This document shows, in pieces, positions 35,992-46,566 of a stretch of 64,000 nt of DNA (within the stretch, counting starts at the first letter, position 1; the number at the start of each line of letters is the position of its first letter). The notes under the pieces are model-generated. The model had not been told where the DNA came from and did not search any database. It saw only the letters and a list, made by a program, of their open reading frames with translations. The position numbers and the translations under genes are program-made. The DNA comes from Calditrichia bacterium (GTDB lineage: Bacteria; Calditrichota; Calditrichia; RBG-13-44-9; J075), in assembly GCA_050633245.1 (NCBI GenBank), contig JBOEGD010000016.1, positions 26,746 through 90,745 of the forward strand, read 5' to 3'.

Positions 35992-38463
35992 CTAAGCCAC
36001 CTTCTGCGTTTGCTTTGCTTTCTGCGGCTTTTTCACCTCAGGATCCTTAGCCGCCGTGCGCATATATTCATCCTGCGAGAAGTCGTCGACTTGAATAACA
36101 TCGGTGCGGACTTCTTCAGCACGTGCCAGCAGTGCGGCTTCGTCCTTGCTGATAATGCCATCCTTGACAGCTGCAACCACCATAAGGTCGAGACGATCAC
36201 GCTTCAGCTTGCTGCTTTTTAAGGCAGACATAACCTTCTTCACCACCGGCTGAGATTGGGCAGCTAAGGCCAGCCCAAGATTCAGGCGACCCAAAGCTTC
36301 AGTCGTATCTTCAGGATTGTAGCAGAGCGGCGTTAAACGATCTCGCTGCTCACCGGGCTGCTGCAGAATGCGTGCAACCTGACTACCTAACAAGTCACTC
36401 GGCTGCTTGCCGATGCTGTTTAGGCGAGACCACCAGGCCAGCGGGCCGCTAAACGGAAAGCCAAGATTGGCGAGTAAGCCGTCGAAACCCTGCTGAATTT
36501 CTGCAAAGGCATATTCCATCGACCACTGCATCAGAGCAAGATCTTCTTTCTTGCGACCTTCTGCTTCAAAGCGACGCAGAACCGATGCGCCCAAATACAT
36601 CCAGGAAAAGATGTCGGCATAACGACCGGTAATTTTCTCCATGCGCTTAAGGTTTCCACCAAATCGTCCCATTGCGATATCTGCCAGCAGCGCAAAAGAT
36701 GCCGAACTCCAGGCCAGCTTGCGCCAGTAACGTGCCGCTTCACCGCTTACCGGAGAACTTGCCAGGTAACCACGCGTGACGCTTAAACCAATCGAGCGAA
36801 ATAGATTGCGCACAACATGTCCGATATGAGACCAAAATGCTTCATCAAAGGCCTTCAGATCGTTATTGCCAAGCGCTTCAATTTCTTTCAGTGCATAAGG
36901 ATGACAGCGAATGGCACCCTGACCAAAGATCATCAGCGTTCGCGTCAAAATGTTCGCACCTTCCACGGTAATGCCAACCGGCGTATTCAAATAGGGATGC
37001 GCCAGCAAATTGCGCGGGCCGCGGGAAATTCCCGATCCACCGGCAATGTCCATGGCGTCATTAATGGCTTTGCGCCCAAGCTCGGTAAAATTGTATTTTG
37101 CCATCGCGGTAATCACCGGAGGCTTCTCACCACTGTCCAGGGCACCGCAAGTAAAACGTCGCGCCGCTTCCAGGATGTAGGTAAATCCACCAATGCGCGC
37201 CAAAGGCTCTTCGATACCCTCAAACTTGCCGATTGGTAGGCCAAACTGCTTACGCAGGCGTGCATAGGCACCAATACCGCGGGTAATCATTTGCGTGCCC
37301 CCTGCTGCCGAAGCAGGTAGTGAAATTCCACGACCAACGGACAGACTTTCCATCAGCATGCGCCAGCCTTTGCCAGCCATTGCCGGTCCACCAATGATTG
37401 CGCTGATTGGAACAACCACGTCATGCCCTTCAGTTGGGCAATTGTAAAAAGGAATGCCCAGCGGGTCGTGACGACGTCCGATAACCACGCCAGCGGTATC
37501 GGTTGGAATAAGCGCGCAGGTAATTCCCAGCTCTTCATCCTTACCAAGCAATTTTTCCGGATCATAGAGCTTAAATGCCAGTCCAAGCACCGTCGAAATT
37601 GCCGCTAATGTGATGTAGCGTTTCTTCCAGGTGAGGCGCATATAGAGTTCACCGTCTTCGCCTTTAAAAATGACTCCGCGTGAAGTCATTGCTCCAGCAT
37701 CAGAACCAGCACCGGGCTCGGTAAGCGCAAAACAGGGAATTTCCTCTGCTGTTGCGAGTCTTGGTAGATAATAATCCTTTTGCTCTTCAGTACCATAGTG
37801 CATCAGTAGTTCAGCCGGGCCAAGCGAGTTTGGCACCATCACGGTTGTGGAGAGCGGGCCGCTACGTGACGAGAGTTTCGAGACAATCGCGCTATTGGCA
37901 GATGGTGAAAACTCATGTCCTCCGTATTTCTTGGGAATGATAATGCCAAAAAATTTCTCGCGTTTAATGATATCCCAGGATTCATCCGAAAGCTTGCGGT
38001 TCTGCCAGATATCCCAGTCGCTGCTAACGCGACAAAGTTCTTCTACCGGGCCATCGATAAATGCACGCTCTTCAGGTGATAAATCGGGATAGTCTTCGTT
38101 GATTATGCGCTCGAAATCCGGCTTTCCGGAAAAAAGCTCACCATCAATCCAGATATTGCCTGCGTCAATGGCTTCCTGTTCGGTTTGCGAAATCTGCGGC
38201 AAAAACTTCATTGCCTTCATAACCTGCACTATCGGCCCACTTAGGAGTGGCCTGCGCAGGAAAGGAAGGTTAAACACCATCGCAAGTGCGCCATAGGCAA
38301 CCCATAGCCAGGTTGGAGCTGCAAAGCCGGCAAGTGCAGCGGCTCCGGCAAGTGTCCATAAGGGCAGAGACGCGCCGGTATAACCAAGCACGAATAACAC
38401 TGCTATAATGCTTCCCGCTGTTAACAGCGGCGGTATATTCGAAAAAAAGCCAATAAACTCCAT
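35992..38463 (-). CDS. fadE: FadE-type acyl-CoA dehydrogenase
   Basis: VMVPNSLGPAELL, CFALTEPGAGSDAG, RKQFGLPIGKFEG, ITVEGANILTR; DUF1974-like C-terminus. Confidence 0.92.
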   Translation of the reverse strand: MEFIGFFSNIPPLLTAGSIIAVLFVLGYTGASLPLWTLAGAAALAGFAAPTWLWVAYGALAMVFNLPFLRRPLLSGPIVQVMKAMKFLPQISQTEQEAIDAGNIWIDGELFSGKPDFERIINEDYPDLSPEERAFIDGPVEELCRVSSDWDIWQNRKLSDESWDIIKREKFFGIIIPKKYGGHEFSPSANSAIVSKLSSRSGPLSTTVMVPNSLGPAELLMHYGTEEQKDYYLPRLATAEEIPCFALTEPGAGSDAGAMTSRGVIFKGEDGELYMRLTWKKRYITLAAISTVLGLAFKLYDPEKLLGKDEELGITCALIPTDTAGVVIGRRHDPLGIPFYNCPTEGHDVVVPISAIIGGPAMAGKGWRMLMESLSVGRGISLPASAAGGTQMITRGIGAYARLRKQFGLPIGKFEGIEEPLARIGGFTYILEAARRFTCGALDSGEKPPVITAMAKYNFTELGRKAINDAMDIAGGSGISRGPRNLLAHPYLNTPVGITVEGANILTRTLMIFGQGAIRCHPYALKEIEALGNNDLKAFDEAFWSHIGHVVRNLFRSIGLSVTRGYLASSPVSGEAARYWRKLAWSSASFALLADIAMGRFGGNLKRMEKITGRYADIFSWMYLGASVLRRFEAEGRKKEDLALMQWSMEYAFAEIQQGFDGLLANLGFPFSGPLAWWSRLNSIGKQPSDLLGSQVARILQQPGEQRDRLTPLCYNPEDTTEALGRLNLGLALAAQSQPVVKKVMSALKSSKLKRDRLDLMVVAAVKDGIISKDEAALLARAEEVRTDVIQVDDFSQDEYMRTAAKDPEVKKPQKAKQTQKVA

Positions 38464-38502
38464 AGTTCTTCTCCTAAATGGGTAAAACGTTAAATCTGCA
38501 TC

Positions 38503-39687
38503 CTAGAGCATCATGTTTTCAAAAATGCCGGTGGCTCCCATTCCGCCGCCAATACACATGGTGCAAATTCCATACTTTACTTCACGTCGCTTCATCTCAT
38601 GCAGCAGCGTAGCTGTTAACTTCGCTCCGGTACAGCCCAGCGGATGACCAAGAGCAATGGCGCCACCGTTTACGTTTACAATCGACTCATCGATGCCCAA
38701 CGTGCGAAGAATTGCCAAAGACTGTGAAGCAAACGCTTCATTCAATTCAATCAATCCGATATCAGACAGCGACAGTCCGGTTTGCTTGAGTGCTTTTGGA
38801 ATTGACTCAATCGGTCCGATACCCATTACCTCCGGTGCAACACCTGCCACTGCAAAGCCAAGCAATTTCGCCATCGGCTCGGCACCTAATTCTTTCATGC
38901 GATCGCCGCTCATCACTACAGCGGCGGCGGCGCCATCGGACATCTGCGAAGCATTTCCAGCGGTAACGGTCCCCGGCATTTTAAATACCGGACGCAGTCG
39001 CGCAAGTCCTTCAACACTGGTATCGGCGCGAACACCTTCATCCACAGCGAAATCAAATTCCTTGCTTAACAGTTCACCATTATTATAAAGCGTTTCGGAA
39101 ATGTGCATCGGTGCAATCTCTTCTTCGAAGCGACCGGACTTTATTGCGTCGGCTGCTTTTTGATGTGATCGGGTTGCAAAGGCATCCTGATCTTCACGCG
39201 AAATGGAATAGCGCTCCGCAACATTCTCGGCGGTGATTCCCATGCCGATATACACGTCAGGATCGTTGTTTACCAAACCCGGATCGGGATTGAAGTAATA
39301 TCCTGCCATCGGCACCATACTCATAGACTCAGCGCCACCGGCAACGACCACATCGGCATGCCCGGCTAAAACGGCCTGCGTTGCGCTGGCTATTGTCTGC
39401 AAACCGGATGAACAAAATCGGTTAATTGTTGCTGCAGGAACAGCATCCGGTAGTCCGGCTTTTTGGGCAATAATGCGTCCCATATTCATGCCCTGCTCGC
39501 CTTCCGGCATGGCGCAGCCGATAAGCACATCATCAATCTGCTCGGCCTGCAGTCCTTTTACACGACCAATTGCGGCTTGAACCGCATGGGCTCCCATCTC
39601 TTCCGGACGGGTATTGCGCAGACTTCCTTTTTTTGCTTTGCCAACGGCTGTCCGCACGCTGCTAACTACAAAGGCTTCTCTATTCAT
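38503..39687 (-). CDS. fadA: Acetyl-CoA C-acyltransferase (thiolase)
   Basis: INRFCSSG, NEAFA, GGAIALGHPLG, MCIGGGMG. Confidence 0.95.
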   Translation of the reverse strand: MNREAFVVSSVRTAVGKAKKGSLRNTRPEEMGAHAVQAAIGRVKGLQAEQIDDVLIGCAMPEGEQGMNMGRIIAQKAGLPDAVPAATINRFCSSGLQTIASATQAVLAGHADVVVAGGAESMSMVPMAGYYFNPDPGLVNNDPDVYIGMGITAENVAERYSISREDQDAFATRSHQKAADAIKSGRFEEEIAPMHISETLYNNGELLSKEFDFAVDEGVRADTSVEGLARLRPVFKMPGTVTAGNASQMSDGAAAAVVMSGDRMKELGAEPMAKLLGFAVAGVAPEVMGIGPIESIPKALKQTGLSLSDIGLIELNEAFASQSLAILRTLGIDESIVNVNGGAIALGHPLGCTGAKLTATLLHEMKRREVKYGICTMCIGGGMGATGIFENMML

Positions 39688-39750
39688 AAAGTTCTCCTTT
39701 CAAAGGATCTTAATATCATTTTTTTACTCATTCATAGAATCGAACACCTG

Positions 39751-42120
39751 CTAGTTGCGCAGCGGCTTATTGGTTGTAAGAATGCTCTCGATGCGCTCAA
39801 GCGTCTTTTTCTGCGTCAGCAGCTCGTGGAAAACCTCGCGCTCCAGATCGTAGAGATACTGCTCGTGCACTTCGGAAGCAGCCGTAATCTTACCACCAGT
39901 CATGATGTAGGCAAGTTTACCAGCGAGATAACGATCATAGTCGCTTGCGAAACCGCCTTCCTTCATTTGGTAAGCTGCAGCTTCCATCACTGCGCGTCCC
40001 GGTTGACCTAGCACACGAATATGGCTGCGCACTGGTGGCGGCGTATAGCCTTGTTTGGACAGACAGAGAACTTCTTCTTTTGCAACGGCCATGCGTCGGT
40101 CGGCGTGCATAACAATTTTTGCATTCTCGCCGATAAATCCCATTTCTCGCGCTTCAAATGCGCTGGTCGAGACTTTCGCCGTAGCGACATTGGTGAATGA
40201 AGGAATCAGTGCGGCCTGAACCTCATTGGAGAATCCGTTCGGCGCGCTTTTTGAAGCCAGATAGGTCAAGTGAGTCGTTCCGCAACCACCGGGAATCAAT
40301 CCGGCACCAAGCTCAACGAGACCGACATACGATTCCATCGCGGCAATTGTTCCGGCGGCGGCCATCGCCATCTCACAACCACCACCGAGTGCCATGCCCT
40401 GAATGGCCACAACGACCGGCTTACGCGCATAGCGCACCCGGTTAATCATATCCTGAAAGCGCTTGGTAGCAACCGGAATCAGATCCATCTTTCCGCCCAT
40501 GACTGCGAAGGCCATTTCGCCAAGATTGGCGCCAACCGAAAAGTTGCGGCCATCGTTGGCAATTACCAGCCCATGGAAATCATTAGACTCTACATAGTCA
40601 ATCGCTTCGAAGATTCCTTCAACCACGTCATTACCGAGCGAGTTAGACTTGGAACGGAATTCATACAACGCAACACCATCGCCCATATCAAGCAGAGCGG
40701 CTTCTTTGCGAGTAATAAGCTCATTTGATGCCATCGTTTTAAGCGACGCTGTTGAGATGCTATCGGCATAAACGGTTTGCGCAACATAACCTTCGCCCGG
40801 CGCATATACTTCAGCCACACCGTTATTATCGCGATAAAATGCTTTATTCCCAGCCTTTTCCATGTCCAGAACCCAGGATGGAATTTCAATTTTTGCTTCT
40901 CTCATATCCGAGATCACTTTATCGAAGCCCAGCGTGTCCCATGATGCAAACGGTCCCATCTCCCAACCAAATCCCCAGCAAATGGCGTTGTCTACATCGG
41001 CGGGTTTATCTGCGATTTCCGGAACACGGCGTGCGCAGTATCCCATCAGGTCCAGCATAGAGGCGCGGGTAAATGCTCCGGCACGACCATCATCGGCATA
41101 CAGCGCCTTCACGCGATCTCCCAGCTTTCCTGCTTTCTTAAATGCTTTTACATCACCGATATTCATATCTTTCGGTGCTTCAAACTCAAAGGTTTCGGTA
41201 TTAAGTGAGAGGATGTTTTTGCCTACTTTTTTGTAGAATCCAGCCTTGGTCTTCGCACCCAACATGCCCTTATCTACCAGTTGACGCAGAATGTCCGGCG
41301 CCTGATGTGCTTCACGGCTTTCATCATCTGGAATTGCCTTATATAAATTGTCTGCTACATACAGCATCGTGTCTAAACCAACAACGTCCAGCGTGCGAAA
41401 AGTGGCAGACTTGGCGTGTCCGATTAGCGGCCCGGTCAGCGCATCGATTTCTTCGATCGTATAATCGCCTTCTGTAAAAAAGCGCATGGTTTGCAGAGTT
41501 GCATAGTTTCCGATGCGATTTGCTATGAAGTTCGGCGTGTCCTTCGCTATCACGATGCTTTTACCAAGATGAACCCGTCCAAACCACTTAATGCGTTCCA
41601 GGAATTCAGAATCCGTTGATGGCGTTGGAATAATTTCGAGCAGCTTTAAATAGCGCGGTGGATTAAAGAAGTGGGTGCCCATGAAGCGCTTCTTGAATGC
41701 CTCACTACGTCCTTCCGAAATCAGGTGAATAGGCAGTCCACTGGTATTGCTGCTGATTATTGCGTCAGGATGAGCGACTTTCTCGATGCGCTCCATCAGG
41801 CTTTGCTTAATAGCCATATTTTCGATCACCACCTCTATCACCCATTCGGCCTCGGCAATGCGATCGAAGTGCTCATCGAAATTTCCCAGCGTAATGCGTT
41901 TTGAAGCAGCTTTACTGGCGAAAGGATTGGGCTTCATTTTCAGCGTTTTCTTAAAAGCGCCTTCAATGATGCTATTTTTTTTGCCTTCCTTAGCGGGGAT
42001 ATCCAATAAATGCACGTGCAGACCGGCGTTAGCAAGATGTGCGGCTATTTGCGCTCCCATAACGCCAGCGCCCAGCACGGCTGCTGTTCTAAATGGCAGG
42101 TGAGATGAAGATGATTGCAT
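39751..42120 (-). CDS. fadN: 3-hydroxyacyl-CoA dehydrogenase / enoyl-CoA hydratase (FadN type)
   Basis: GAGVMG Rossmann motif, SNTSG, HFFNPPRY, C-terminal crotonase 'ALGGGCE', 'GLVE.G.GLIP'. Confidence 0.92.
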   Translation of the reverse strand: MQSSSSHLPFRTAAVLGAGVMGAQIAAHLANAGLHVHLLDIPAKEGKKNSIIEGAFKKTLKMKPNPFASKAASKRITLGNFDEHFDRIAEAEWVIEVVIENMAIKQSLMERIEKVAHPDAIISSNTSGLPIHLISEGRSEAFKKRFMGTHFFNPPRYLKLLEIIPTPSTDSEFLERIKWFGRVHLGKSIVIAKDTPNFIANRIGNYATLQTMRFFTEGDYTIEEIDALTGPLIGHAKSATFRTLDVVGLDTMLYVADNLYKAIPDDESREAHQAPDILRQLVDKGMLGAKTKAGFYKKVGKNILSLNTETFEFEAPKDMNIGDVKAFKKAGKLGDRVKALYADDGRAGAFTRASMLDLMGYCARRVPEIADKPADVDNAICWGFGWEMGPFASWDTLGFDKVISDMREAKIEIPSWVLDMEKAGNKAFYRDNNGVAEVYAPGEGYVAQTVYADSISTASLKTMASNELITRKEAALLDMGDGVALYEFRSKSNSLGNDVVEGIFEAIDYVESNDFHGLVIANDGRNFSVGANLGEMAFAVMGGKMDLIPVATKRFQDMINRVRYARKPVVVAIQGMALGGGCEMAMAAAGTIAAMESYVGLVELGAGLIPGGCGTTHLTYLASKSAPNGFSNEVQAALIPSFTNVATAKVSTSAFEAREMGFIGENAKIVMHADRRMAVAKEEVLCLSKQGYTPPPVRSHIRVLGQPGRAVMEAAAYQMKEGGFASDYDRYLAGKLAYIMTGGKITAASEVHEQYLYDLEREVFHELLTQKKTLERIESILTTNKPLRN

Positions 42121-42213
42121 GAATGCCTCCTAAAGCTGCAAGATCGATCAGTTATATTTTAATTCGTTATGTCTCATTATAGTATCGGCAAAAGTTCAGC
42201 TAATTAAACAATT

Positions 42214-42228
42214 TTGAACACCGTTCAA
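42214..42228. promoter_or_regulatory. Palindromic operator TTGAAC-N3-GTTCAA (copy 1) upstream of the fad operon
   Basis: TTGAACaccGTTCAA; a second copy lies at 42405; adjacent to a TetR gene. Confidence 0.7.
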
Positions 42229-42404
42229 GGCAAAATCTAAAAATATCCCCAAAGGGGGACTAATTGATGATTTATGATTGATGACTTTTGATTGAACAGA
42301 AAGCCTAACCAGGATTCGGGTAGTACTTATGCCAGTAGAATATGCTATTGGTTGTTAATTCATAAATCATCCGTCATCATTCATCAATTGCATTATACTA
42401 TTTC

Positions 42405-42419
42405 TTGAACATCGTTCAA
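42405..42419. promoter_or_regulatory. Palindromic operator TTGAAC-N3-GTTCAA (copy 2)
   Basis: TTGAACatcGTTCAA. Confidence 0.7.
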
Positions 42420-42452
42420 AGAGAAAAATTCGTTAAGTTCACTTGCACAGCC

Positions 42453-43061
42453 CTACCCTGCTTTCACAGTGTGACGCCGTCGCGTTTCTACGATTTGATC
42501 GAGAGCCAGCTCAATCATTGCTGAATGTTCCACGCTACGATGAATGCGCTTGGTTAAAATAAGGGAGACAATTCCGTGCATGTGAGACCAGATCAGCTGC
42601 GTCTCCATTCCGGCGTCGCCCACCACCAATTCCCCCTGATCAGCCCCCTCGATTAAGGTATTGGAAAGCATGTCCAGGCTTTTAAAGGCCCTGCGATATT
42701 TTTCGGCTGGATAGCGGGACATACGTTCAGCATGCAGCATAAACATAATTTCATAGTATTCTGGGTTATCAATCGCAAAATTGATGTAGTTTCGACAGAG
42801 TTCTTTCAGGCGTTGCAAGGGATCGGAGATCGTTTCTGCAACCTTCTCCTGCACCGAGATCAATTTTTCAAAACCTTCCTCTATCAGAGAATGCACTAAG
42901 GCATCTTTATTCTGGAAATAAAAATAGATGGTTCCAACGCTGCAGCCAACTTTTCCGGCGATCATGCGAATGGATACGTTTGTGATTCCCTTTTCAACAA
43001 GCAACTGACGTGCTGTATCAAGAATTTTTCTGCGGATATCAATTTTGGGCGAAAAAGCCAT
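42453..43061 (-). CDS. TetR/AcrR-family regulator (WHG-like C-terminus)
   Basis: HTH 'SIRMIAGKVGCSVGTIYFYFQNK', 'WSHMHG'; ATG 43061 with GAGGA RBS. Confidence 0.9.
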   Translation of the reverse strand: MAFSPKIDIRRKILDTARQLLVEKGITNVSIRMIAGKVGCSVGTIYFYFQNKDALVHSLIEEGFEKLISVQEKVAETISDPLQRLKELCRNYINFAIDNPEYYEIMFMLHAERMSRYPAEKYRRAFKSLDMLSNTLIEGADQGELVVGDAGMETQLIWSHMHGIVSLILTKRIHRSVEHSAMIELALDQIVETRRRHTVKAG

Positions 43062-43372
43062 TCCATTCCTCGTAAAAGAAACTCGTCCATTGAGTTTTAG
43101 CAAAATGTGCGGCACTATCCACAACAATAATGCTCTGTCTGTGCAGAATATAGCAAAGCACATTCAAACAGTCAACAAGAGCCAAAGACATCTGACTACG
43201 GACAAGAGCAAAAATCTATGTGTAGATTGTATACAAATTCACTTATTTCGCTTTTCTCTAACACTCTTATATAAGAACTACATATAGCACATATCGAGAT
43301 TTTATTTACAATTAAAGCCATAAAGCGTATATTATGCGTCAATTCAGTATATCTATCCCCATTGCCACCCCT

Positions 43373-43387
43373 TGGCACGAATGTTGT
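43373..43387 (+). promoter_or_regulatory. Possible sigma54 promoter
   Basis: TGGCAC-N5-TTGT (GT instead of GC at -12), about 50 nt before the 43436 ORF. Confidence 0.35.
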
Positions 43388-43435
43388 TAATTTAGCGATC
43401 AGAGACACACTAAAATTCTTTAGTCAGGAGAGATC

Positions 43436-43627
43436 ATGGCCTTAAAGCATGTTTGTGCATATTGCGGAATTACAATTAAAGAGGGTAAGGACGGAGTTTC
43501 TCATGGAATTTGTAAGCCTTGTTTCGTCGATTTCAAGCGCGAACATTTAGACAAGCGCAAGCGCCCTGATTGGAAACAGGTCTTTCCTGAGGTGAAGAGC
43601 GGCGCCAAAGCCTTAAAAGCCGGATAG
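43436..43627 (+). CDS. Small Cys-rich (zinc-finger-like) protein
   Basis: AGGAGA RBS; CAYC...SHGICKPC. Confidence 0.65.
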   Translation: MALKHVCAYCGITIKEGKDGVSHGICKPCFVDFKREHLDKRKRPDWKQVFPEVKSGAKALKAG

Positions 43628-43631
43628 CATT

Positions 43632-43955
43632 CTACCCACCGGAGCGCTTGACGTTAAAACCTTTTTCGCTTAGGTATTTAACCACAACATCACAATGATC
43701 ACCCTGTAAGAGAACAACCCCATCTTTAAGAGAACCACCACCACCAACGCACTGTTTTAGTTCTTTTACCAAAGCTAGAAGCTCGGCACCAAACAGCGGA
43801 ATTCCGGTAATGGTTGTAACCGTTTTTCCACGTCTACCTTTGACCTCACGTTGGACTCTCACCACACCGTCAGACTTTTCTGTCTTTTTTTTCTTTGGTT
43901 CTTCTTTTACTCTACCACTCTCGGTGGAATACACGGATCGGCTGTTTTTTTTCAT
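43632..43955 (-). CDS. yciH: SUI1/eIF1-family translation factor
   Basis: 'VYSTE.GR', 'KGRRGKTVT.I.G', 'LKQCVGGGGSLKDG...QGDH', C-terminal SGG. Confidence 0.9.
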   Translation of the reverse strand: MKKNSRSVYSTESGRVKEEPKKKKTEKSDGVVRVQREVKGRRGKTVTTITGIPLFGAELLALVKELKQCVGGGGSLKDGVVLLQGDHCDVVVKYLSEKGFNVKRSGG

Positions 43956-43994
43956 AATGTTACCAAGCTAAGGATTCAAGGTTCAATATTCAAA

Positions 43995-44058
43995 AAAGTG
44001 AAAAGTGAAAAGTGAATTAAGGCAATAAGGCAATAAGGCAATAAGGCAATAAGGCAAT
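43995..44058. repeat. Simple tandem repeats (AAAGTGA)x3 and (AAGGCAAT)x5
   Basis: Directly visible in the intergenic DNA. Confidence 0.9.
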
Positions 44059-44091
44059 TTTGTCCAATGCCAAATCATAATTCATCAATCG

Positions 44092-45345
44092 TCAATCATC
44101 AATTGCACTCGGCATCCACCATGCAAAAAGCCCGCAAGCGAGCAATACCGGAGAAAGAGCATAAAAAGCCGGTGCATACGAACCATAGCTATCAAAAACA
44201 TATGACATCATCAGTGGCCCGGTAGCGGATCCAAGAACGGCCAGTACTTGTGCTGTTCCCTGAATTTTGCCGAGGTGCAAGCGGCCAAAATAGCTGCCAA
44301 ATGAAGCAAAAAAGACCACCATAACAACGCCACCTGCAAGTCCAAGTAAAGCACCATGTGCAATAATTGCGGGTAAACTATTCAAATATGGATATCCAAG
44401 CAAAGCGGCACTTACAAAGAGCATTGCAACTGCCATTAATCGCTTAAGACCAAAGCGCTTCGCCAATTTATCGGCAATCAGATTTCCAAGCAGACCAAAA
44501 AAAGCATAGGCGCCCATCGCATATTGAAAGTATTCGGCAAACCCCAATTCACCTAAAATAGACTCGTTCAACAGGGTAACACCGGAAATGACCAGGTTGT
44601 AAGCGGCGCTGCCCACTGCAAAACCCCAAAAAGCAGGATGCATCATTGCACCAAAAAATGTATCTGCATTCTTATCTTGTATCGACTCAGAAACAACGGT
44701 TTCATCAGCAGCCAAACCGTCTACAGGCAGGCCAAGCGTCTCCGGACTGCGACGCATTAACAGAACGACAATAACTGCCAGGCCAAGAATAGAAAATCCA
44801 ATTGCAGACCAAACCGTGCGCCAGCCAAGTGCTTCAACAGAACCTCCGGCCCACAGTATAACGATGGTAAAGCCAATACTAATAGTTACTGCAAATACAC
44901 CCATAGCAAGGCTGAGGCGCTTTGCAAACCACTTCCCTACTATCGTCAGGCTGGTCGCGGAAAGCGCACTCTGTCCAAATCCACGAGTAAGGATCCATAA
45001 TGGAAGCAAATAAGCTGCCTGGCTGGCCCCGCCAATGCTGACCACGCAAAGGCCAAGAGCAACTAGAACGAAGGTAAGCACCCAGCGCCCGCCAAAACGA
45101 TCAATTGCCGGTCCCACCAACAACGAAAACAGTGCCCCGGCGATTGTAGCCCAAAAGATCATTGCCGCAAACTCCGTTCGTGAAATACCAAAGTCTGCAA
45201 TGAGTGGTTCTGTAATCAGGCCAATACCAATGCTGCGGCCGGGCAACGTTGCAATCATTGCCAGGACGGCGACGAAAAGAGCTATCCAGCCGTAGTAAAA
45301 GGGCAGGTTTTTCGAAATTTTATGTAGGTAGGATGGTGTAGGCAT
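44092..45345 (-). CDS. MFS transporter
   Basis: 12-TM pattern; motif A 'GPAIDRFGGR'; 'FYYGW'. Confidence 0.9.
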   Translation of the reverse strand: MPTPSYLHKISKNLPFYYGWIALFVAVLAMIATLPGRSIGIGLITEPLIADFGISRTEFAAMIFWATIAGALFSLLVGPAIDRFGGRWVLTFVLVALGLCVVSIGGASQAAYLLPLWILTRGFGQSALSATSLTIVGKWFAKRLSLAMGVFAVTISIGFTIVILWAGGSVEALGWRTVWSAIGFSILGLAVIVVLLMRRSPETLGLPVDGLAADETVVSESIQDKNADTFFGAMMHPAFWGFAVGSAAYNLVISGVTLLNESILGELGFAEYFQYAMGAYAFFGLLGNLIADKLAKRFGLKRLMAVAMLFVSAALLGYPYLNSLPAIIAHGALLGLAGGVVMVVFFASFGSYFGRLHLGKIQGTAQVLAVLGSATGPLMMSYVFDSYGSYAPAFYALSPVLLACGLFAWWMPSAIDD

Positions 45346-45443
45346 TCAGGCACTTTCAAAGATAGATGTATTCTATATCTGCCCAAAATAAACAGAGCGA
45401 CGATAGTTTCCAATGCCAAATATATCTAACGCCGCTCTGATAC

Positions 45444-46130
45444 TTATGCTACTGGAACTGCAGCGTTTTGCAGGAAACGCAATAACGGCTTCCCTGCCAG
45501 ATAGTGCTCAATAATCGTATCGGCCAGGTTTTGCGTTAATAATTCTGCCGCGGGCAACTCTGTCATAAAATAGAACTGCTTATAGGCAATCAGCGGTTCG
45601 ATCTTATATGTTTCCTGAAATTCTGTAGGGATGCGCTTATTCGGCTCTCCCTGAAGCTCTCCAAAATGGCGAATAAAATCCTTATCGGCAATCAGCTTTC
45701 GCAACGCCTTGGGGTCTTCAACAATAGCTCGACGAATGGCCTCAAGGTAACCTTTTTCGGGCATAAACACGCCCCCGTGAAATACCAGCTTCTCTGCACC
45801 AAAAGAGAAATGTATACCTGGAAGCCCTTTGTTTTTCTTACCTCCGGGAATCAACAGTGCGCTCATTGAAGTTTTGTAAGGCGTTTTATCTTTTGAAAAG
45901 CGAATATCACGGTTAATGCGAAAGATAGACTCCTTTGGCGTGGTTAAGAAATCGGGGTCATCTGCCTGCACCCGCGCGATAATCAGTTCGACAAATTCCT
46001 TAAAAGGAACCTTAATCGATTTCTCATAGCGTTTACGATTTGCATCAAACCAATCCTTACTATTGTTGTTTTTAAACTCTGTAAAAAAATCGAGATATTC
46101 CTGCGAGAAATAGTTCATAACGATCCTCAT
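45444..46130 (-). CDS. DUF2461 family protein
   Basis: 'NNSKDWF..NRKRY', 'FRINRDIRFSKDKTPYK'. Confidence 0.88.
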   Translation of the reverse strand: MRIVMNYFSQEYLDFFTEFKNNNSKDWFDANRKRYEKSIKVPFKEFVELIIARVQADDPDFLTTPKESIFRINRDIRFSKDKTPYKTSMSALLIPGGKKNKGLPGIHFSFGAEKLVFHGGVFMPEKGYLEAIRRAIVEDPKALRKLIADKDFIRHFGELQGEPNKRIPTEFQETYKIEPLIAYKQFYFMTELPAAELLTQNLADTIIEHYLAGKPLLRFLQNAAVPVA

Positions 46131-46197
46131 TGATAAACGAATTCAATGGACGTAAAAACGCCCATTGAATTCACAGAATAGATTGATTGGATTCGAT

Positions 46198-46566
46198 TTA
46201 CTGTGGGGAATGGAATGCGACGCGGTTACCTTCAGAATCCATAAAAATCGCCATGAAACCAATTTCATCAGAGATCTTGGTCTTTGGCATCACGACTTTA
46301 CCACCGGCTTTTTCGACACGGCCAAGCTGTGTGGCGAGATCATCACCACCGTTAAGATAAATCATTGCGCCTTCTGCAGAAGGAACGTAGCCTTCCGCCT
46401 GACATAATGCACCACCAACGCCTTCATTATCCTGAGAGAAAAAAGCCATCTTTGCGCCATTCATGTCCATAACCTCGAGCTTTGAATCCATCACTTCGCC
46501 ATAAAAACGCATTGCGCGCTCAATGTCTGCTGCCGGAATCTCGAACCAATTTAATACGTTTGCCAT
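46198..46566 (-). CDS. VOC/glyoxalase family protein
   Basis: 'NWFEIPA.DIERA..FY', 'F.DSEGNRVA.HS'; AAGGAG RBS before ATG 46566. Confidence 0.9.
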   Translation of the reverse strand: MANVLNWFEIPAADIERAMRFYGEVMDSKLEVMDMNGAKMAFFSQDNEGVGGALCQAEGYVPSAEGAMIYLNGGDDLATQLGRVEKAGGKVVMPKTKISDEIGFMAIFMDSEGNRVAFHSPQ

